Shown here one piece after another: positions 57,704 through 64,000 of a DNA stretch of 64,000 bases (within the stretch, counting starts at the first letter, position 1; each line of letters opens with the position of its first letter). The stretch covers positions 1,277,858 through 1,341,857 of the forward strand of contig NW_003314296.1 of assembly GCF_000143415.4 (NCBI RefSeq), in the 5' to 3' direction. The notes beneath the pieces are model-generated. The model was not told where the DNA came from. It made no database searches and saw only the letters and a list, made by a program, of their open reading frames with translations. Origin of the DNA: Selaginella moellendorffii. Lineage: Eukaryota > Plantae > Lycopodiophyta. A program made the position numbers and the translations under genes.

Positions 57704-57732
57704 TACTTTTCTGTGATTGAGTGGGTCATGAC

Positions 57733-59238
57733 ATGATCCACGCTGTTCTTCCAAGCTCTAGGGACGAAATCGCGGCAGCCATCCGGCACTGTGGAGACAG
57801 CAATGATGTGTTCGCCGGCAGGAAAATCCACGCCCAGATCCACCTCTCCCGACAGCACCGGGAGGATCTCTTCCTCGCCAATCTCCTCGTCCAGATGTAC
57901 GGCAGGTGGGGCGACACCCGTACGGCACTCGAGACCTTTCGCGCCATCCCCGACAAGAACCTCTTCTCGTATACCATCATGATGACTGCCTACCTGGACA
58001 GCACCGACATCGCGGGCTGTAAGCGAATATTCGATGGCATGCCCCTGCACGATCTAGTGTCCTGGAACGCCATGGTTACTGCATATGCCCAAAACGGGTA
58101 TATTCTAGAGTCTCGGCAAATGCTTTTTTTTATGCCGGAATGGGACGTCTCTTCGTGGAATTCTCTGCTATCGGGGACGGCACAAAACGGGAATATACGT
58201 GAGGTACAAGAGGTTTACGGTATGATGCCGTACCGTGACGTTGTGACGGAGAGTACGCTCTTGGCAGCATATGCCCATAAAGGGTATTTGGAGTTGGCGG
58301 AGGAACTTTTTGAGAGTATGACGGTCCGGAACATGGTGTCGTATACGTCCATGGTTGCTGCGTACGGGAAAAGTGGGATGATTCAGAGAGCGAAATCTAT
58401 GTTTGATGTGATGCCAGAGAGGAATCTCGTTTCGTGGACTGTGATGATTTGTGTGTTTGCGGAGAATGGGCTCCCAGAGCAAGCAAAGCGCACATATGAT
58501 CTAATGCCGTGCCAAGATTGTGTTGCTTTGGTTGCGGTGCTGGATTCTTATGCGCAGATCGGAGACACAGTTCGTGCCAAAGAGCTGTTTGATTCAATGC
58601 CCAAGAAGAGCTTGATCGCGTCAAATGCATTGATGAAAGCACACGCTCTAGCTGGGGACCTGGATGGAGCGAAAAGTTGTCTGGAGCAGATGCCCGAATG
58701 GAGTGAATCTTCCTTTAACTTTTTCATTGAGTTGTATGGAAGGCATGGGTTTGTTCTTGAGGCTAAATCCATGTTTGATATCATGCCCTTAAAGAGCGTC
58801 ATATCATGGACAAACATGACAGTTGCATTTGCCTCGAATGGACGTGTAGAAACCGCTTTTAAGCTCTTTGATGGGATGTTTGAGAAAAACAAAGTGATAT
58901 GGAACACAATCCTCCATGGATTTGCGCTTAATAACCACAGGACAGAGAGTCTTGAGTTGTTTGTTAAAATGGTGATTGAGGGATTTGATCCAGATGAAAT
59001 ATCTTTCAACAGTGTTCTTAGTGCTTGCAATCACACTGGGAATACTAAATTGGGTTTGGATTACTTGATCTCAATGGAAGTGGACTTTGGATTGAAAGTA
59101 ATGTTAGAGCATTTTCATTGTGTCATGGACCTATTAGGGAGGGTAGGCAGGCTTGATGAAATTGAACAATTGTTCAATTGTATGCCATCTGCACCAAATA
59201 GTATCACATGGACTATTTTCTTAGCATCTTATCATTAG
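57733..59238 (+). CDS. PLS-class PPR protein (~501 aa), stops at the start of the E domain
   Basis: GRKIHAQI..NLLVQMYGRWG; HFHCVMDLLGRVGRL..MPSAPNSITWTIFL. First in-frame ATG at 57733. Confidence 0.95.
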   Translation: MIHAVLPSSRDEIAAAIRHCGDSNDVFAGRKIHAQIHLSRQHREDLFLANLLVQMYGRWGDTRTALETFRAIPDKNLFSYTIMMTAYLDSTDIAGCKRIFDGMPLHDLVSWNAMVTAYAQNGYILESRQMLFFMPEWDVSSWNSLLSGTAQNGNIREVQEVYGMMPYRDVVTESTLLAAYAHKGYLELAEELFESMTVRNMVSYTSMVAAYGKSGMIQRAKSMFDVMPERNLVSWTVMICVFAENGLPEQAKRTYDLMPCQDCVALVAVLDSYAQIGDTVRAKELFDSMPKKSLIASNALMKAHALAGDLDGAKSCLEQMPEWSESSFNFFIELYGRHGFVLEAKSMFDIMPLKSVISWTNMTVAFASNGRVETAFKLFDGMFEKNKVIWNTILHGFALNNHRTESLELFVKMVIEGFDPDEISFNSVLSACNHTGNTKLGLDYLISMEVDFGLKVMLEHFHCVMDLLGRVGRLDEIEQLFNCMPSAPNSITWTIFLASYH

Positions 59239-60269
59239 TCTTACCTCAGAAAATTAAAATAAAGATGTTATTACTTTTGAGTCTATTTTAAATTTAATAA
59301 AATACAAGGGTAAATTGTAGTATGATTAAGTTTTCTGATCTTTTCTTGTTACTTATTTAGATATTAAGTGTATTTAATAATTAAAAATAAATAAATATCC
59401 TAGAAGCTGTAAGTATATGGAATATGGAAATGTGCATATTCAATTAGCCCAAAACCTCTAACTTATATACAAAAATGAGTGGTTTGGATTGAAGAAAATC
59501 CAATAGCTATCAAAATTCTATGCTAATATTTAGTTGACAAGCCAAGATTTGGAAGAACATCAAGAAGTGGCATCAATGGATCTGTAAATGGTGTCAATTA
59601 TTCTTTGGTCCAACTTGTCATAATATTTGATATGGTCTCTTCCACTAAGTAAGGAGGCCTTTAAATAAACCACATGTCATAAAATTGGGAAAATAAACTA
59701 ACATTATATCATCCACTTTATACTTTGTAGATGGGTGATAATGAGAGTTATAAAGCCATTATTATTCCACTTATATGTGGCCTAAATCTTCAGTAAACTC
59801 CACTCAAAACAGTGAAAGAATGATTATTAAATACTGATCCTAGGATCTAGTATTGGCAATTTATAGCAAGTGTGAAGGTATCATTAGTAATATTGGATTA
59901 TGACATATAGAAATTTATCTAGTGAACTATCAACAAAACTTTGTACCCCTTCAATACACACATACTAAAAGATAACAAATAACTATCCCAATTTGAATAG
60001 TAAAAGCTCACATACTGTGTAATCATCACTTTAAAGGTCCAAATAAACCATTCTACTAAACCATCTAAAGGGGGGAAGAGTGTTGTCATGGGTATTAAAA
60101 GTTATTTGTTGGCTAATTTTTTTCAAATATTCTTTTTTTATTGCTATGACGGCAAGAAGTCAGTATTATGAGATCTTTTATCAATCCTTATTGTTCAAGA
60201 GGTGATAATTTACCGTGTTTGCCAAACATTTTTGCTATCATGCCCATTGTGTTAGTTCCGATCAACTTG

Positions 60270-61260
60270 AGGCATGGCCAATCAACCTGATGCATAGTCT
60301 AGCTCCCATTTGCATGTTTGTTTTTGTTTTGCGTCTGACTTGGGTCTAAACTCAAGTTCCACGCCATACTAGTTAGTGAAATATCTATATCCTAGTGTTA
60401 GGTTACTGATATGCTGAAATAGCGACAAACTAATAATGGAGATGGCATTATTATGTTGAATGATAAGGAACTTTTTTTAAAGCTTGATTTTTTATATCAC
60501 TTTTCTTGTTAGTGTTTTGGTTTCATACAGGATTTTAAAGGTGATAGAAGAAGAATGTTAGTACAATGTGGATATTTGAAGATATAATTTTTGTGATTAA
60601 GTCTAAGGTATTCATTTAGATTTTGTGGATGTTGGAAATATGGGCATGATGTCCGATGCTTAGCCTTCTCGGACTCTTTTTTGGACTCTATCTCAGACTC
60701 TAGGATCATCTTCCACAAAAAGTGAAGTTGAAACATGTATAATTACAAGTGAGAGAAATAATGTCTCATAGCATTATGTTAGTCATAGAGTGTCGTCAAA
60801 GGGGGTTAGGGTGAGTGCATGCACAAGTTTTACAAGATCATGATAAAGTGATAGTTACAACATTCCTGACTTGATCTACATTAAAATATTTAGCTCTATA
60901 CAAAGTAAGAGGCTTCAGAAACAAACACCAAATTGCATAATTAACTCAGAAAGTTAATGATGCAATTGCTAAAAGGCATCATCACAATCATTAACATGTC
61001 CAAATGCATGTTTGAAAATGTTTGGGAGAAAACTCCAATCTACATGAGTGGCTATGCTCAAACCATTGTACCACTTTAACACTATCTCATGGATATAAGT
61101 GGGAAACTCATGCAAATATCAGACATCATCCCAAGAATAATAGGTGGTAATAACTATGAAGTGATTGAATCAATAATATATATCATCTCCAAGATTCTCA
61201 CAAAAGAAATTCAACTAAAAGTAAAGATTGGCAACAAGAGTAAAAATTGCACTATATGTC
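60270..61260. mobile_element. Decayed repeat paralogous to 11280-12060
   Basis: Collinear similarity with the 11.3-12.0 kb segment. Confidence 0.65.
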
Positions 61261-62655
61261 CTGAATATCAAAAAGTGGCCTAATACCTATAAAGATTTTA
61301 GTTTGGAAATGAGTGGGCTTTTAAGAAGGCCCAAAGATGTTTGGACCAAGACAAATTGGTATATTGCACTCTCGATAACTCCATATCCCTTATACTACAC
61401 CATCAGATAATTAAAAGATTCAAGCAACTAAAAGACTAAAAATATATGTGGGGATTATATTAATATAAATACTAGCAAGAAAATATATAGAGAAAGTCAA
61501 TAACTACTTAATAATCTTAGAAAATAACATAAAAAGTCACAAATAAATTTGTATAAATCCCTTCAAAGCTCAATGGATCACCTTGTGAAATTAGATAGGC
61601 TATTTCCTTTTAAATTTTATTTTAAAATAACATAAATTGTTGTATCAAATTTATCATTTGTGACTAAAGTATTAGTATGCATTTTATTCACTCTACTTCA
61701 TTCCATTATATTATAAATTTAATTGTGTATAATAATTTGATTTTCCATATTAAGATAAACTATAAGAATAAAAGTAATATTTGATTATGAAATAAATTTA
61801 TTAATTCGTCTAGATTTACTTTTAATGTTGACTCAGTAAAAATTATATTTTAATGAGTTCTCATATACGTCCATTAAATTTTAGAAAAAAAAGGAAAAGT
61901 TAGTTAAAGGAGTAACACTATCAAATAAATATAAAATTAAAGTTTAATCTTTTTTGTTCTAAGAGTACTGTCTACATAAATTTTGATAAATCCTAAGACA
62001 TGTTTAAGATTATTAAATTAGATGCCAGTTATTTAACACTTAACTAATAAAATGATAAAATCTCTTTTCTATATAGCAATAAAATATTTTTCACGTTTTG
62101 GTAACTTGATAGTTGATTAAACCATTATAATGTAGTTAAATTTTTTTTTTTTTATAAAGGTCAAAGAATTGTTAAATTATAAAATGTAATATTTTAAAAG
62201 AATTTTGCAGCCTAGTATTATAAGGAAAATCAAACACTTAGTACATCTCTCTTTCTCTCTATTTGGAGTTAAATAACTAAATATCTATTTCATGAATCTC
62301 ATTAAATAGAGGGATGCCCAATTTGCATTTATATATTTCAATTTAAGGTGCAATTTCTCTTATAATGGTCTCAGATTTTACTAGAACAAAAACCTTTTAA
62401 GTCAATGATTTCATCTTTTCTATGACACAAATTTAATATTAGCATTCAAATCCCCAATTTTACTCTTCTATATTATGCATTGCAACCATTCCAATCTGGA
62501 GAATCTAACACAGCCACAGCCTAGGGACATCTTGGATCTTGGCACTCAACTCATTAGATTGGATTAGGGAAGAATTCTTTAGTGTAGATGAATGGATCCA
62601 AAACTTCTTTAATATCAAATATAAACTCACGAATTCGGACTTCTTAGGAGATTAT

Positions 62656-64000
62656 TGTGAGACACAAATCCTTAAACCCCAAAAGGGTGCCACGTGGTAG
62701 TGGTTGAAGTAGAAGCCAAACAAGCGTAACAAGTTTGGAGTAAAAGCTCTAACTTGAAAAATTGAGAGTAGGAGTGGAACTCCCAATGAAGGGCTCGAAA
62801 AATAAGAATGAAGCGAGTAATAAGTGAGTCTTTAGAAAAGGGACACAAGAGGACTAACACATGAAAGTGCCAAGATGGAGTCCAAGATGGACCCAAGATG
62901 GACCCAAGATAGAATTCGAGATGGACCTGAGATGGAGTTTGAGATGGAGTTTGAGATGGACCCAAGATGGACCGAAGATGGAGTCTGAAATGGACATAAG
63001 ATGGAGTCCAAAATAGACTCAAGATGGACCTAAGATGGAGTCTAAGATGGACCCAATTTAGAGTTTAGGGTTAACCCTAAACCCTAAACTGAGATGGACC
63101 CAAGATGGAGACTAAGATGGAGATTAAGACAAAGACCGGAACTAAGACCAAGACTAAGACCAAAACTGAGACTAAGACTAAGACCAAGATTGAGACCACA
63201 ACCGAGACCAAGTTTAAGTCTGAGTTCAAGTTTGAGTCTGAGACTGAGTTTGAATACTAATATAGGCTATGGGGTGAAAGCCCAAAGCAATCCCCCCCGG
63301 GGGGGGGGGGGGGGGGGGGTTGTTGCAAGGGATTCCAAAAATATAGTAGGGAGAGTGTGGGGGTTGGACTCCAATGGAACCAATTTGGCCAAGAAAGGCT
63401 AGTGTGGTCTAGGAAGGTTATACCCATGTGTTGGGTGATGATATAACCACTGGGAAGTCCAAGGCTATAGTGAATACAGACAGATAAGCAAGGTAGCTTA
63501 CAAAAGGTGGCTCTAGTTCCTTCAGGAAATCAAATGGTTGATACTCTTAGTCCAAGTGTGGATGGCACTACCTACTTAGATAGTTGGTATAGCTTATTAG
63601 AATCTCACTCTAGCCACATGGCTAAGGCACCCAAAGGTGGAAGGTAGAAAGAGTACCCATGAGGCTTACATAAGGTTGTAATGTTTTGAAATGTTATCCT
63701 AAAGTCTTAGACTATGGAAAGGAAAAAGAACAATCCTCTTGTGTAATGACTAAGGATTTAGTCATGCAACAAGGAAGTCCCAGAGGTTAATGGGACATAG
63801 TGGTTGGGCCTTTGAGCCTTAACTTAGTGGCAGTGTTGGCAAACACGACCGTGGACAGAAAGGGACTTGGTGGGGACCAAAAAAAAGATATTGGGGAAGG
63901 CTATTCCCTATGTCTATAAGCATCTTAAGGATGCTAAAGAATGGATCTGGGATGATCACTCATGGATGGATAGTTTAGTCTTTGAGAGACGGGATTATGA
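62656..64000 (+). mobile_element. Eroded LTR of the same family as 218-8989, running off the window
   Basis: Starts TGTGAGACAC; collinear with the solo LTR through the tandem array, GGTGAAAGCCCAAAG, the poly-G tract and beyond. Most CG sites are changed to TG/CA. Confidence 0.92.

Overview
Plant nuclear DNA. The source is most likely the lycophyte Selaginella; this is inferred from the 55-67 nt introns, the very tight gene packing, and intronless PLS-class PPR genes built from long runs of short 31-aa repeats. About half the window is TE-derived. An LTR element with intact boundaries (856-8083, TSD CCAGT) is nested in opposite orientation inside a solo LTR of its own family. There are also decayed Copia and chromodomain-Gypsy elements, and a further eroded LTR copy at the right edge. 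Genes: a Ubl plus degenerate-REase (Crinkler-like) gene with a broken tandem copy, a MATE transporter with a broken tandem copy, a GST-tau fragment, a small secreted Cys-rich protein of fungal-like pattern, a RelA/SpoT homolog, a small unknown ORF, DUF868, a spastin-like AAA pseudogene, PIG-Y, a RING-H2 E3, a small 3-TM protein, four intact PPR genes and one PPR pseudogene. The most striking feature is that the PPR ORFs have almost no promoter space of their own. One starts 12 nt after the PIG-Y stop, in frame; PIG-Y itself is absent from the ORF track. A second starts 178 nt after the RING stop on the other side of the same divergent promoter. The other two are head-to-head with 29 nt between their ATGs. 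Together this suggests dicistronic or promoter-borrowing expression of RNA-editing factors. All family assignments come from recalled motifs, not database searches.
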